DNA of 59,572 bases from Octopus sinensis (GCF_006345805.1 NW_021832991.1:1-59572); one strand, 5' to 3'. Counted from the first letter of the stretch, positions 12,100 through 25,254 are shown. A program made the numbers and translations. The notes: generated by a model not told the origin, from the sequence alone.

Positions 12100-12440
12100 A
12101 TATTATATTATATTAAATTAGAGATAAAACCACTATTAGGCAAATCATACAATGAAAAACTTAAGCCAATACATAGATTATTTAATTTATTATTTAAAAT
12201 AAAACAAATTATTAAACCTCGCCAAGTTAAATATTTAAACCACCTGAATGAATGACTGTAACTCGAAAATTTAAAGACATTAACAGCGCCATGAAACGAT
12301 CGTAGTATTATATTAATTATATTTTTTAATAATTTTGTTTTATATTTAAGTAATATAAATTAAATAATCTTATGTATTAGCTTAAGTTTTTCATTGTATG
12401 ATTTGCCTAATAGTGGTTTTATCTCTAATTTAATATAATA
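12100..12440. mobile_element. Inverted-repeat PLE-like terminal-repeat fragment with HHR in the spacer
   Basis: Arms ~12100-12215 and ~12325-12440 are reverse complements; ~110-bp spacer holds a plus-strand HHR motif. Confidence 0.75.
12239..12309 (+). ncRNA. Degenerate hammerhead ribozyme
   Basis: AACCAC-CTGAATGA-ATGACTGT...ACAGCGCCAT-GAAAC-GATC-GTA-GTATT. One extra A in the core, palindromic helix III ACGATCGT, mismatched helix I. Confidence 0.6.
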
Positions 12441-12454
12441 TATATATATATATA

Positions 12455-12700
12455 TATCACGTGATGAAGTGACCGACTAGGCTTCGCATTGTTTTATCCT
12501 TCAAATGACGCCACCCCGTTAGGTAAGCGAACAGGCCAACAGAAGAAAGAGCGAGAGAAGGTTGTAGCGAAAGAGTACAGTAGGGATCGCCACCCCCCTT
12601 GCCGGAGCCACGTGGAACTTTAGATATTTTCGCTCAATAAACACTCACAACGCCCGGTCTGGGAATCGAAATCGCGATCCTACGACCGCGAGTCCGCGAG
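12455..12700 (-). mobile_element. tRNA-derived SINE with distinct 3' region
   Basis: Minus-strand head 'cgcggactcgcggtcgtaggatcgcgatttcgattcccagaccgggcgttgtgagtg'. Confidence 0.55.
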
Positions 12701-12853
12701 TCGTGGTTTCAGTTCCTAGACCGGATTGTGCTTTGTGTTCTTCACACGTTGCTCTGCGATCACTTCAATACCTGACGCGTAGTACACCATGCATCTGCTC
12801 AAGAAACATCGACTTAATGGAGAGTGTGAGCTAATGTGTGGCACGAACATTTG

Positions 12854-13562
12854 TAGTTGTTGTTGTTTGTTCCTTCTTGATCCATTCCTGGCTCATAAGT
12901 ACTGGTTTCCCGGTTTCATTGGCGTATAGATTCCGCACCTGGACGGGACGCCGGTCCGTCGCGGATGAGCTGGTAGATGTAGGAGGAAAGAGTGAAGGAG
13001 AGAGGCGTAGGAGTAGCTTGCTTACCAACCACATATTTCTGGGTTCAGTCCTACTGCGTGGCACCTTGGGCAAGTGTCTTCTCCTATAGCCTAGGGCCGG
13101 CCAAACCTTGTGAGTGGATTTGGGAGACGGAAACTGAAAGAAGCCCGTCGTATATTTGTATTTATGTATATATATACGTATGTGTGTGTATACGTTTGTG
13201 TGTCTGTTTTTGTCCTCCCAACATCGCTTGACAACCGATGCTGGTGTGTTACGTCCCCGTAACTTAGCGGTTCGGTAAAAGAGACCGATGGAATAAGTAC
13301 TAGGCTTAAAAAGAATAAGTCCTGGGGTCGATTTGCTAGACTAAAGGCGGTTGCTCCAGCATGGCCACAGTCAAATGCCTGAAACAAGTAAAAGAGATAT
13401 TTTGTGGCGAAAGTGTCAGCAGAAGTTCGCCATTACCTTCTGCCGGAGCCGTTTGGAGCTTAGTTGCTTCGCTCATAGACACACACATCGTCCGGTCTGA
13501 GATTCGAACCCGCGATCCCTCAAACGCGTGTCCGCTGCTCTAACCACTAGGCTATGTGCCTC
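12854..13562 (-). mobile_element. tRNA-derived SINE with (AAC)n tail and 12-bp TSD, interrupted by a family B SINE
   Basis: Head GGAGGCACATAGCCTAGTGGTTAGAGC...GGTTCGAATCT at ~13495-13562 (-); direct repeat cacgaacatttg at 12842-12853 and 13563-13574. Confidence 0.7.
13003..13397 (+). mobile_element. SINE family B nested in the previous SINE
   Basis: Family B body and tail; head partly deleted. Confidence 0.8.
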
Positions 13563-13770
13563 CACGAACATTTGATCGCAATAAACAAATCATTTACGCA
13601 GGTCGTTCGGCAAATACTGAACACTCATGTGTCGTCTTCGACGGGAGAGTCCATTGTTATTTTCGTTACTAGCAACAGAAGCAGTATTAATACCAGAAAA
13701 AAAAAACAATTTTATGTCCAACTTAACGCGGGTGTTTCCATAGAACACCGAATACTGCGGTATTTACCTT

Positions 13771-14010
13771 AGGGCGGCGAGCTGGCAGAAACGTTAGCAC
13801 GCCGGGCGAAATGCGTAGCCGTATTTCGTCCGCCGTTAAGTTCTGAGTTCAAATTCCGCCGAGGTCGACTTTGCCTTTCATCCTTTCGGGGTTGATTAAA
13901 TAAGTACCAGTTACGCAATGGAGCCGATTTAATCGACTTAATCCATTTGTCTGTCCTTGTTTGTTCTCTCTGTGTTTAGCCCCTTGTGGGTAGTAAAGAA
14001 ATAGGTATTT
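13771..14010 (+). mobile_element. SINE family A monomer
   Basis: ggcggcgagctggcagaaacgttagcacgccggg...gagttcaaattccgccgagg (A/B-box-like head), ends aaagaaataggtatt. Confidence 0.85.
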
Positions 14011-14647
14011 ACCTTAAACGTTTTTCGCATATAGCGAATGGTGCAGAAAATTACACGTGTTTATATTGTTGGCAACGGAAGGATCGTCTCCAATGGGCGC
14101 CGGAACTGCGAGATCACGTGATTCCGACTTACTACGTCTTCTCATTGGCAGGTGCCAGCTCGCTGCATACCAGCCAAATATCACTGCCAACAACATATAA
14201 AAATTCCAGTTACTTTTCAGGTAGTACTGTCGTAAATAGCCAGCAGACATATTAAAAAATAATTATTAGCGTCATAAGCAATATAGATAACAAAAGGCAA
14301 TCTTTATATCCAGTTTAACGTGGATGTTTTCGTATATTTGGCGTTCTAACAATGTGTGGTGTGTGTGTGTGTGTGCCTGTGTGTGTGTGAGTGCGTATAC
14401 AAAGAGGGTGTATGTGTGTGTGTGTGTATAGGAAGAGTGTGTGTATAGAAAAAGTATGTGTATAGAAAGAGAGACAGAGTGAGGCGGAGAGAGAATGAGA
14501 GTGGGAGATGCAGAAATAAATAAATAGATTATTTCCAGCACCATCACTCTGAAAATCAAAACTAGAAGAACAATTCCAACTCGCCCCTCTCTATGCCACC
14601 ATTTCTTCTGCTTCCCTATTGCTGTTCTTGTTGTTAACGTGATTGGT

Positions 14648-14878
14648 ATTGGCAGAAACGCTAGCATGCCGGGCGAAATGCTTAGCAGTATTTCGTCTGC
14701 CGTTACGTTCTGAGTTCAAATTCCGCCGAGGTCGACTTTGCCCTTCATCCTTTCAGGGTCGATAAATTAAGTACCAGTTACGCACTGGGGTCGATATAAT
14801 CGACTTAATCCGTTTGTCTGTCCTTGTTTGTCCTCCCTTCTATGTTTAGCCCCTTGTGGGTAGTAAAGAAATAGGTAT
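14648..14878 (+). mobile_element. SINE family A monomer
   Basis: Near-identical to 13771-14010. Confidence 0.85.
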
Positions 14879-14879
14879 A

Positions 14880-15058
14880 GTTTTTGTTATTGTTGTTGTT
14901 GTTGCTGCTGCTGCTGCTGCTTCTACAGCGGACTTGCAACCAGTGGATGATGATGATGATGATGATGATGACGACGATGACGATCTCGATGATGGCGATG
15001 ATGGCGATAGCAGTGGTGGCGGTGGGGTGGTGGATGTGATGTTGGTGAGGGAAAATGT

Positions 15059-15123
<65 letters not shown>

Positions 15124-15392
15124 AAGAGAAGAAGATGATGATGATGATGATGATGAGGATGATGATGATGATGATGATGATTTAATGAATTGATGATGTT
15201 CAGGTGATGTAATGTGTCACTCTAGACAGAACTGAACGGAAGCAATGCAGCGTGCAACGGCGATAGTGGTTGGGGGAGGATTCTGTTTAAGCATTGACAG
15301 TAATTTTTGTTGTCGTTGTTGTTGTTGTCACTGCTACTGCTGTTGTTTTTATTGCTGCTGTTGTTTTTGTTCCTGCTGTTGCTGTTGTTATA

Positions 15393-15439
<47 letters not shown>

Positions 15440-15473
15440 CAAGGATGACGAGGACGACGACGACAACATCACT

Positions 15474-15509
<36 letters not shown>

Positions 15510-15520
15510 TCCATCTTCAT
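14880..15520. repeat. Trinucleotide microsatellite field: (GTT)n, (GCT)n, (GAT)n, (AAT)n, (AAG)n, (CAT)n
   Basis: Directly visible. Confidence 0.9.
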
Positions 15521-15849
15521 GAGGAGAAGGGCGATGATGTTCGTAGTGATAATTACAATGATGAAGCGTTCGAAGAATTTTAAAATGCATCCATTCAATT
15601 TTAGCCGTACTTCGTCCATAAATACTGATGTTTGCATTTGCTTGAACCATTTTCTTCACAAAAGACGACGAAGAAATAGACAAACGAGATTAAGCAAAAA
15701 TGAAATACTATCTCATTAGCAACAACAAAAAACCAAAAACAAAAAAAAACAGGTTTTTCGTTTAATTCTTACTTGCATCACATTGCGAGAAATGTGATGG
15801 TTACTAATGCGAATATAAAATCTGAAATATCTCAAAGCTGGAGTGAAAG

Positions 15850-16270
15850 TATAATGGTTTCGAGAATTAGCACACGGGGTTGATCATATCGACCCCAGTG
15901 TTCAGCTGGTACTTATTGTATCGATTCGGAAAGCATGAAAGGCGGAATTTGAACTCCAAACGTAAAGAACTGGAAGAAATGCTGTTAGGTAATTCTTTCA
16001 TCCGATGCGCAAACGATTCTGCCGGCTCGCCGCCTTAACATGAAAGTATAATCTTATCTACTCAATGTACAAGGACCGAAATTTTGGGGGCGGGGGCCAG
16101 TCGATTAGACCGACCCCAGTATGCAACTGGTACTTAATTTATCGACCTCGAAAGGATGAAGGGCAAAGTCAACCTCGGCGGAATTTGAATTCAGAGCGTA
16201 AAGACAGACGAAATACCGCTAAGCATTTCGCTCGGCGTGCTAACGTTTCTGCCAGCTCGTTGCCTTTAAA
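15850..16270 (-). mobile_element. Two head-to-tail SINE family A copies
   Basis: Reverse-complement family A blocks, separated by a shared 'tgaaagtataat' motif. Confidence 0.75.
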
Positions 16271-18419
16271 TGAATGTATAATGGGAAAGAGGGAGGCATA
16301 TAACTTCATCGAGTACTGAAATCGCTCTGCAGACATGGTTTGCCGGTTTTCCGGTTCGTCGGTTAGCCAGTTCGTCGGTTAGCCGGTTCGTCGATATAGC
16401 AGTTCGATGGAAACTTTCAAACCAGTCTACGGTGAATGTACCAGTTCTGGAAACAACTTCCTATGACAGTATAGATTATATACACTTTTAAAAATCATGG
16501 TAAAACATCGGAGAAAATGATTAGTGCTTTCCATTATAAGTTCACACTTTACTGAGAATGGATTTGCTTTTCAACATCTAGGGCCTTGTAGACAAGTAGT
16601 GTAGTCCATATAATTCAATATAGTGTTTTCTTCCAAATATATGGCTTTGAGCCTGTTAACGATCATATTCAGTGTAATTAACGTAAGAGAAACAGTATAC
16701 CCTCGATACTAAAGAGGTACATTAGACTGAAACATAGCCATTATTGTGCTAAGGCTGCAAACAAAGATCAGGCTTCCCGCTAAATGTTGGAGAGATTTAT
16801 TCTTTCACAAATAAATTCTATAGAATATTAAATTTGTAGGAATTTAATTTCTTACAATTTCTTAAAATTATCACCCTTTTTCTTTGGGAGTCACTAACAA
16901 TTACTGGTAGGTTTTTTGTTTTCTTTCCCCAAATGTGATGGAAATTTCAATAAATAAAAACCATTTTGTATTCGAAATATATTTAGTTTAGCTTCTTTAT
17001 ATAATGAGTTCAAATCCTGCTTAAACAACATCTATATTAACAACATCACTACAACGAACTTCAGCGCTCTGTCGAATGACCGAATGACCTATAAGAAACA
17101 GTTGCCAAATTTTCTCAAATGCGCTCTCTTTTCTTAAGGAAAACGGCACACATGAACCAAGTAGTCAGTAATATATAAAAGGGTATTTTGAACGAATGGT
17201 CACGTCTAGAAACATTGAATAATGTGAGTCCTACGACTGAAATACCTCCTATCAAAGGTTTACTCCATCAGTGATGACCTGGCGCTAAACAATAATAATC
17301 CTATAATTATTTGTTAATTAATTGAATATATAACTAATTAATTGAACATATATGTATACACACACATACACGCACAAACTTATTAATCGTTCATATTAAT
17401 GTTGATGTCGTTGATTAACACTCCTCCTACAAACACCACCACCAACCACCACCACCACCACCACAGTAACACTGACAACAACGACGATGACAACAACTAT
17501 GCTATTAATGTGTTATAATTACCCCTGCCGCGTTCCTAATTGTTCTTTTATTGATGCTCTTTTTCAGCCAGTTATGTATTGTTAATCATCATCATCACCA
17601 CCACCACCACCACCACCACCACTCACCACCACCACCCACACTACTACCACACCACCACCACTACACACCACCCCACCACAACCACCACCCCACACCACCC
17701 ACCACCACCACCAACCACCACCACCACCACCACCACCACCACCAGCCACACCCACTTGTCATTTGTTTACTTATTTATGCACTTGTTTTTGCTGTCTATC
17801 TCAAATGAAAGAAAAACAGATTGGTTTTTTCTTGTTTGTCTTGCATTTTGTTGGCAAGAACCGGGAGGAAGGCACTCGCTCCTTGGTGTGTGAGGGTAAT
17901 CCATATACATGTGCGAGTATGTGTGTTGTGTGTGTGTGTGTGTGTACATGTGTGTGTATGGAGAATGCTCCGAATCACCCTATGTGGCTACTGCCCCCAC
18001 AGTCATTTTCAGAATCCTTTCTTGTTTTGTTCTTCTATATTGCCATTGCTATTCTTTCTTATCTATTATTCATTAACATGTCTTTATTATTAATGTTCAA
18101 ATCAACCTTTTACTTCATTCCCCACTGTCTTCTTTTATTTATATATTTATTTCCCATTTTTACTGTCCCCTACATGTTGGCTCCGTGTAGCCAATAAAAA
18201 GAAATTATCATCATTATAAGTTGGATTGGCATAATCGTTAGAGCGTCGGAAATAGTGCCGTAAGTAATTATTCCGGCTCTTTACGTTCTAAGTTCAATTC
18301 TCGCTGCAATGTACTTTACCTTTCATCCTTCCGATCAATAAAATAAAGAACGAATCAAGTACTGTAGAAGATAATATCAACTAAATCTGCCACTCACTTT
18401 AAATTGTAGCTTTGTGCCT

Positions 18420-19720
18420 AAATCAGGAACCATTCTCCAGATTAGTAGCGTTTATGTCCCAACAGAGGCGAAACGGGTGGATTTCTTCCGGCGTCTAGAG
18501 GTCCTTTTAGGATTCTCTCGCGCTTTTGGGCTACTGGGTAATTGGAGCACCATCTTACATGTATACTTGGACAGAGTAGGTTCAACTCATAGGTGAAATG
18601 GGTGCAAAAGTTTCACAAACCTGTTTACACATTTCCAGCTGTCTAATAGGTACTGACTGGATTTCTCGAATGTAACAATTTGTCTATGGACAAACAGCAA
18701 TGGGTCATCCATGTCGTATCTATACAGAGTATTCTCTAAGTTAGCAGACAAATATAAAATAGGTTGTCAGCATTTTAAAATTATTGACTACACAAGCTAC
18801 AAATTTGTGACCTGTACGGCCGATCTACATAGGCTTCCTGGAAGCTGAACATGTCACTCTCTGTGCACCATGCTTATAGAGACCGAATTTGGGAATTAGT
18901 TAAAAGGGCCCTGACAGGTGCAATCGTCAATAACGAGTGATAGTTTGCCATAGAGAGGTGCTTAGGAAACGCATCGCAACTGATATGCACAAAACACAAA
19001 CGCAGTGCTGTCAGGTGCGAGTTCTATAACACGAGCGAACGAAAGCTGTTCGATGGGTTCGAGCAATATAAGAACAACAAGGCCACAATTCCATATTTAG
19101 TGGACTATGATGAGTGCATGTAATCGATTCCAAACAGATGTGTACGAATTTTCAGCTGCTCTTTGCTCAACTATTCGGGACGAGTGGCGGCCATATCGCA
19201 GGAGGGGTTACAATGGTTGCCTCTCGGCAACGAATGTAGATTATTGCTGAAAGCTGATAATAGCCATCAAGAAACAGCAACTGATGGCTAACAGCACGGA
19301 GATGGGGGTAAATCGTCTGGTTTGGATGGTTTTTCTTACGAGCTTTACCTTTATATTCCCAGAAATGAGTCGAGAGAAAGCTACACAGGAAAGCTCGTGC
19401 AAAAGAATCTATATCGCATACATCATCTGTTACTGTCTTGCTGTTGTGCACTGCTTCAGTTCTGTCAGTTCTGCATTTTGTGCATAGAACGTATTCCACT
19501 GGTCAGGCGCTCCATCTGAGAATTCCGTGGCTGATGATGCGCAGGCCTGCATTGACACTGCGGTATCTCCTGCATGTTCTCGACAATAAACATGCATTTA
19601 TGCCGTTTGTCAGATACGTATTCCCACAACTCGTCTCTTTGACAGTGAGGTAGTCCTGGGCCAAGCAAAGAAGCGATTGGCACTTAGACTGTCGTCAAGA
19701 TCTTACAGCTGTCTACCAAT
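18420..19720 (+). mobile_element. Degenerate L1/Tx1-like LINE (APE endonuclease and start of RT)
   Basis: 'SSVYVPTEAKRVDFFRRLEVLL...LLGNWSTILHVYLDRVG' resembles the APE VYxP...GDxN region; 'GKSSGLDGFSYELY' resembles RT-proximal KSPGxDG; many stops. Confidence 0.65.
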
Positions 19721-19759
19721 CAGGCAATGTGGGAAGTGAAAGTTCCACGTCGGCGTTAT

Positions 19760-20200
19760 ACACGAGGTGGTGCTGTAAAGTTCATAGCTTTCGATAAAAG
19801 AAACCCCCTCTCAGATTCACACACTCATTGAAGTATTCCTTCAGTTTTTCTAATACCTGTAAAAGAACTCGGAAGATTGGGCCTCCAACGAAACCTTTTA
19901 TGATACCCTTACAGCCAGGAACTTTTCAACATCCTCGCATAGAAGATTAGTAGCGAGAAAAACTGATGACATTCTTGGGGAAAACACTGAGCGTCGATGA
20001 AAATCAACAAACTGGTCTGATCCGCAGGTCTTTCAGGCTTGGGTGCGTATTTCACTTTCAAATACCTCAGATATGGAACTGGCGTCAACCTGGTATGTCT
20101 GTGATGAACGCAGAGAACGAAATCATTCTGCACAGACAGTTTCTCTTTGGTCAAGCTGTGATGGAATTTTCAAGTTTCACTTGAAATTCTAAGTTCCAGC
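19760..20200. mobile_element. Mariner-like remnant (TIR-like end plus degenerate transposase 3' sequence on minus strand)
   Basis: 'tacacgaggtggtgctgtaaagttc' resembles a mariner TIR; the adjacent minus strand reads approximately 'FTGIRKTE...ECVNLRG', resembling a mariner C-terminus. Confidence 0.45.
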
Positions 20201-20389
20201 CCCGCCAACATCGACTTTTTCTTTCATTTTATCAAGGACCAATCAAGTACTGGGCCGATGTAATCAACTTACCCCTCCCACTAAAATTTCTGATTGTATG
20301 CCAAAATTTGAAATCACTATCCTCCTCGTCATCGTCGTCGTCATCATCATCATCATCAAAAGCAGCAGCAGCAGCAGCAAGTTAGAAGA

Positions 20390-21870
20390 ATAGTTACTGC
20401 GCCGGAAATAAAGCTTAGCGGATTTCTTCCGGCTCTTCACGTTCTGATTTCAAATTCTACTGAAGTCGATTTTGCTTTTCATCTTTTGGGGGTCAATGAA
20501 ATAAGTGCGAATTAAACACTACTGTTAAATGTAATCGACTAGCCCCTTCCCCTAAGATTTTAGGGTTATTATAATTATTAAGGCGGCGAGCTGGCAGAAA
20601 CGTTAGCACGCCGGGCGAAATGCGTAGCCGTATTTCGTCTGCCGTTACGTTCTGAGTTCAAATTCCGCCGAGGTCGACTTTGCCTTTCATCCTTTCGGGG
20701 TCGATAAATTCAGTACCAATTACGCACTGGGGTCGATATAATCGACTTAATCCGTTTGTCTATCCTTGTTTGTCCTCCCTGTGTTTATCTCCTTGTGGGT
20801 AGTAAAGAAATAGGTATTTCGTCTGCCGCTATGTTCTGATATCAAATTCTGCCGTGGTCAAATATTCCTTTCATCCTTTCGCAATCGATAAATTAAGTAC
20901 CAGTTGAGTACTGAGGTCGATGTATTCGACGTAACCTCCCACCCCAAATTTCAGGCCTTATACCTTTAATAGAAAGGTTTATTATTATTATCACTATTAT
21001 TAAGGCAGCAATCAGGCAGAATCGTTAAAACAAAGGACGAGATGTTTAGCGGCATTTCGTCCGTCTTTTTGTTCTGAGTTCAAATTCTGCTGAGGTCGAC
21101 TTTGCCTTTCATCCTTTCGGAGTCGATAGATTAAGTACCAGTGAAATACTGAGGTCAATGTCATCGACTTAGCCCCTTTACACAAATTTCAAGCCTTGTG
21201 CCTATTGTAGAAAGGATTATTATTATTATTATTATTATTATAGTATTATTATTATAAAGCGGTGAACTGGCAGTATCGTTAGCACTATCAGTTATCTTTA
21301 GCCGGGTAAAATGCTTAGCAGCATTTCGTCCGCCTCTACATTCTGAGTTGAAATTCCGCCGAGGTCCACTTTGCATTTCATTCTTTTGAGGTTAGTAAAA
21401 TAAGTACGAGTTGAACACTAGGGTCGATATAGTAGACTTATCTCTCTCCCCTAAACTTGCTGGCTTTGTGCTAAAATTTGAAACCCGAGGTGGCGAGATG
21501 GCAGAAACGTTAGCACGCCGGGCGAAATGCGTAGCCGTATTTCGTCTGTCGCTACGTTCTGAGTTCGAATTCTGCCGAAGTCAACTTTGCCTTTCATCCT
21601 TTCGAGATCGATTAAATAAGTACCAGTTACGCACTGGGGGCGATATAATCGACTTAATTCGTTTGTCTGTCCTTGTTTGTCCCTTCTGTGTGTAGCCCCT
21701 TGTGGTCAGTAAAGAAATAGGTATTTCGTCTGTTTTTACCTTCTGAGTTCAAATTCCAACGCGGTCGACCATGTCTTTTATCATTTCGAGGTATCAGTCA
21801 AGTACTGGGGTCGATGTAATCGACTTTCACCCTCTCCCAGTCTTGGTAACCTTGTGCCAAAATTTGAAAC
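20390..21870 (+). mobile_element. Array of about seven SINE family A units including two dimers
   Basis: Units start near 20390, 20581, 20815, 21003, 21258, 21488 and 21720; several are separated by (TAT)n. Confidence 0.8.
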
Positions 21871-22509
21871 TTTTATTATTATTATTTACATAATTTTCCT
21901 TAGGTAACTATCCGTCTTAAAAATCTTTTCCCTTCTTTGCCACCACTGCTATCATTACCATCAGTATCACCAACCACCACGAACACAATCAACATCATCG
22001 ACATCATCATTAAGATTGTTGTCTATTTAGACAGAGTCGTTTCCGTCTCTATTCGTGCATTTCCGAGTCTTATATACCAAATACCCTATTCTCTCGCACG
22101 TCCAATTGTTTTCCTTTCTTTCCCTCCGTTTCATGCATACAGAAACGTTTTTTACCATTTCTTTCTCTCACACATTCATATTTGTTTCAAGCACAAATAT
22201 ACACATATACACACACCCTCTCTCAATCTTCTCATCTCTCTCCCCATCTCTTTCCCTCTCTCTCCCCTTCTCTTTCCTATCTTCCTTCCTCTCCTTTTCC
22301 TCCCAGTCGCTTTGCGTGTTTATATGTGCATATATGTGTAGATGGTGGAAGGAGGCTGTAGCATACACAGTTATATGTGCATGCATATACATACATATGC
22401 ATCTGAGCGTGTGTCTGTGTGTCTATACATATAAATTGTATTAATATGTATATAAACGCATAGATGCGCATGCATGTATGGACATATATATGTATGTACA
22501 TGCATATAT

Positions 22510-22554
<45 letters not shown>

Positions 22555-22848
22555 CACGCACGCACGCACCACGCACGCACGCACGCACATCATTCTCTAT
22601 CTTCTCTCACAAATTTTCAATTTCCTTCCGGTAGGTTTTCTCTAATATGACAGACTCATGATCGCCTCCATTCGTCTCAGCAGCAACTCCCCGTTCTCCC
22701 CGCATGACATGTAATAGAAGAGTAAAGAATACAAGCCGGGTATTGGACCACCTACAGAGCCGTACTTGCTACAAACAGAAACGTTAACAACAATAGCAAA
22801 AAAAAAACAAAAGCGATGATGGTGATGATGACGCCAACGACAATAAAA

Positions 22849-22849
<1 letters not shown>

Positions 22850-22904
<55 letters not shown>

Positions 22905-23009
22905 TGATGATAATAATAATGAAATTAATATATAATAACAACACCAACAACAACAAAATATAATAATAATAAAATGATGATGATGAGATAATGATATATA
23001 ATAATAATC

Positions 23010-23052
<43 letters not shown>

Positions 23053-23392
23053 TAATAATAATAATAATGATAATTATAATAATATAATAATAATAATAAT
23101 AATGATAATATCATAATAATAATAATAATAACCAACAACAACAACAACAACAACAATAATAATAAGAATCCTACTAATAATGATAATAATAATAATAATA
23201 TAATAATAATAATAACTAATAATGATGATGATGATAAAATAATAATAATAATAATAATAATAATGATATATATAATAATAATATGATGATGATGATAATA
23301 ATAATATAATAATAATAATAATGAAATAATAGTAATAATAATAATAATCATAATATAATAATAATACTAATAATAATAATCATAATGATAAT
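22850..23392. repeat. (AAT)n-dominated microsatellite
   Basis: Directly visible. Confidence 0.95.
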
Positions 23393-23851
23393 GGGCTACA
23401 GCAAATATTCTGCTCAATACCACAGATTTGCTTGTCATTGTTTTGACCTTAACCAGTTGAGCATGTCCCTTAGTGGCTGACGATATGTGCATCTCTGATC
23501 ACGAGCAGAAGAGAGTGGGGGAGCATCATAGCCATGTGTTTTAGAGGGTTTCTTTGGAGTTTGAATAATTCACCTCTGGAAACATGGCGGTTCTTTCAAC
23601 ATCCTTAAACAACCCTTATTCAGGGACTTTTGGTGAGTGGGGTGGGTTACTCGACCAAAGAAAATTCTAACTGGGCCCCACCTGCAAGGTCATGTGCTTT
23701 TATCTTGATATGAGATCACCATGTCGCGCACATATGGTTGTGATGCATGTGCCTGGTGTACCCTTATCAGACGGGTAGTCATGATGGGTGTATTGGGCTT
23801 CGTATATTTTACCCCAGTGTCACTTTGATGGCATGAACTGCTCTCTCACTC
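23393..23851. mobile_element. Dispersed non-coding repeat, copy 1, embedded in (TAA)n
   Basis: Clear similarity to ~29585-30042 along its length; both end 'ctctcactcaataataat'. Confidence 0.8.
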
Positions 23852-23963
23852 AATAATAATAATAATAATAAGAATAAGAAGAAGAATAATGTGAATATTG
23901 CTGATGAGGTGATGATAGGGAGGTGATGCATCACTGAACACATGCTCATTACAGATGTGTGTT

Positions 23964-24007
<44 letters not shown>

Positions 24008-24379
24008 CGTGTGAGTTTGTATGCATGTTATGCATATAAGCTTAAGTAAAATATAAAGTCTCATAAGATTTTATAAGGTTAAATTTTTGTTAATTACTCT
24101 ATATAAAGCATAATCAGATACCGATATACTGCATACATACATACACATACACACACACATACACACACACACACATACACACACACACACACACAATACA
24201 CACACACATATATATATATATATACATATATGTATATACATACGCACACATATATATGCATGTATGTATGTATATAAGCATATATAAGCATATATATATA
24301 TATACATATATGTATATATATATCTATATATATATTTATATATATATATACATACATATATATGACGAGGACGGCCACC

Positions 24380-24411
<32 letters not shown>

Positions 24412-24939
24412 CAGCAATGCCACTACTAGCAACAACACTACCAAAGCAGCACCACCACAAAAAGCAATCACTTTTATACCAGCACCAACGTCGATGTCAC
24501 CACTCACATCAATAACTGTACCGGTAGCAGCACCTCTGCGACAACAACAGAAACAGCGGCGACAATAATGACAACAGCAATAACCACAACAGCAACAACA
24601 ACAGTACTATGCATAAATATTCCTAATAGGAAAACAAAAGGGAAAAACAAGAGTAACGAAAAGATAAAGCACCTAAAAAAAAAACAATAGTAAACAACAA
24701 CAACAGTCTCAACAGTCACAGCAACAGCAATAACACAACGGCAATAGCAATAGCAACAGCAACAACAACAACAATAGCAACGCATAAACAAAAGAGAACC
24801 GGAAACGAAAGGGGCAGAGTTGGCAGGAAGTTTCTTATTTCCGATGGCGGAAGCTGCAAGTGGGAGTCAAACTGCAGAATAAGCCTGAGCAAAATATGCA
24901 ATTACAAAATACAACCTGATTCTCTGTAGTGTCTGAGGA

Positions 24940-24974
24940 GAAAGAAAGAGAGAAAGCGAGAAAGAAAGAAACAG

Positions 24975-25017
<43 letters not shown>

Positions 25018-25254
25018 AGAAAGGAAGAAAGGAAGAAAGGAAGAAAGAAAGAAAGAAGGGGAGGAAGGAAGAAAGAAAGAAAGAAAGAAAGGGAGGAAGA
25101 AAGAAACAACGAAGGAAAGAAAGAAAGAAAGAAAGAAAGGAAGAAAGAAAGGAAGAAAGAAAAAAAGCAAGAAAGAAAGGAAGAAAGGAAGAAAGAAAGG
25201 AAGGAAGGAAGAAACAAAGAAATAAATATATAAAGAAAGAAAGATAGAAAGAAA

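Noticed and set aside
13495-13562. tRNA-like sequence with A and B boxes
   Set aside because: No complete cloverleaf; continues into a SINE body and tail. The same applies to the other SINE heads.
20390-21870. Regularly spaced repeats resembling a CRISPR array
   Set aside because: Units are ~200-bp SINE copies in eukaryotic DNA; no short constant repeat with unique spacers and no cas genes.
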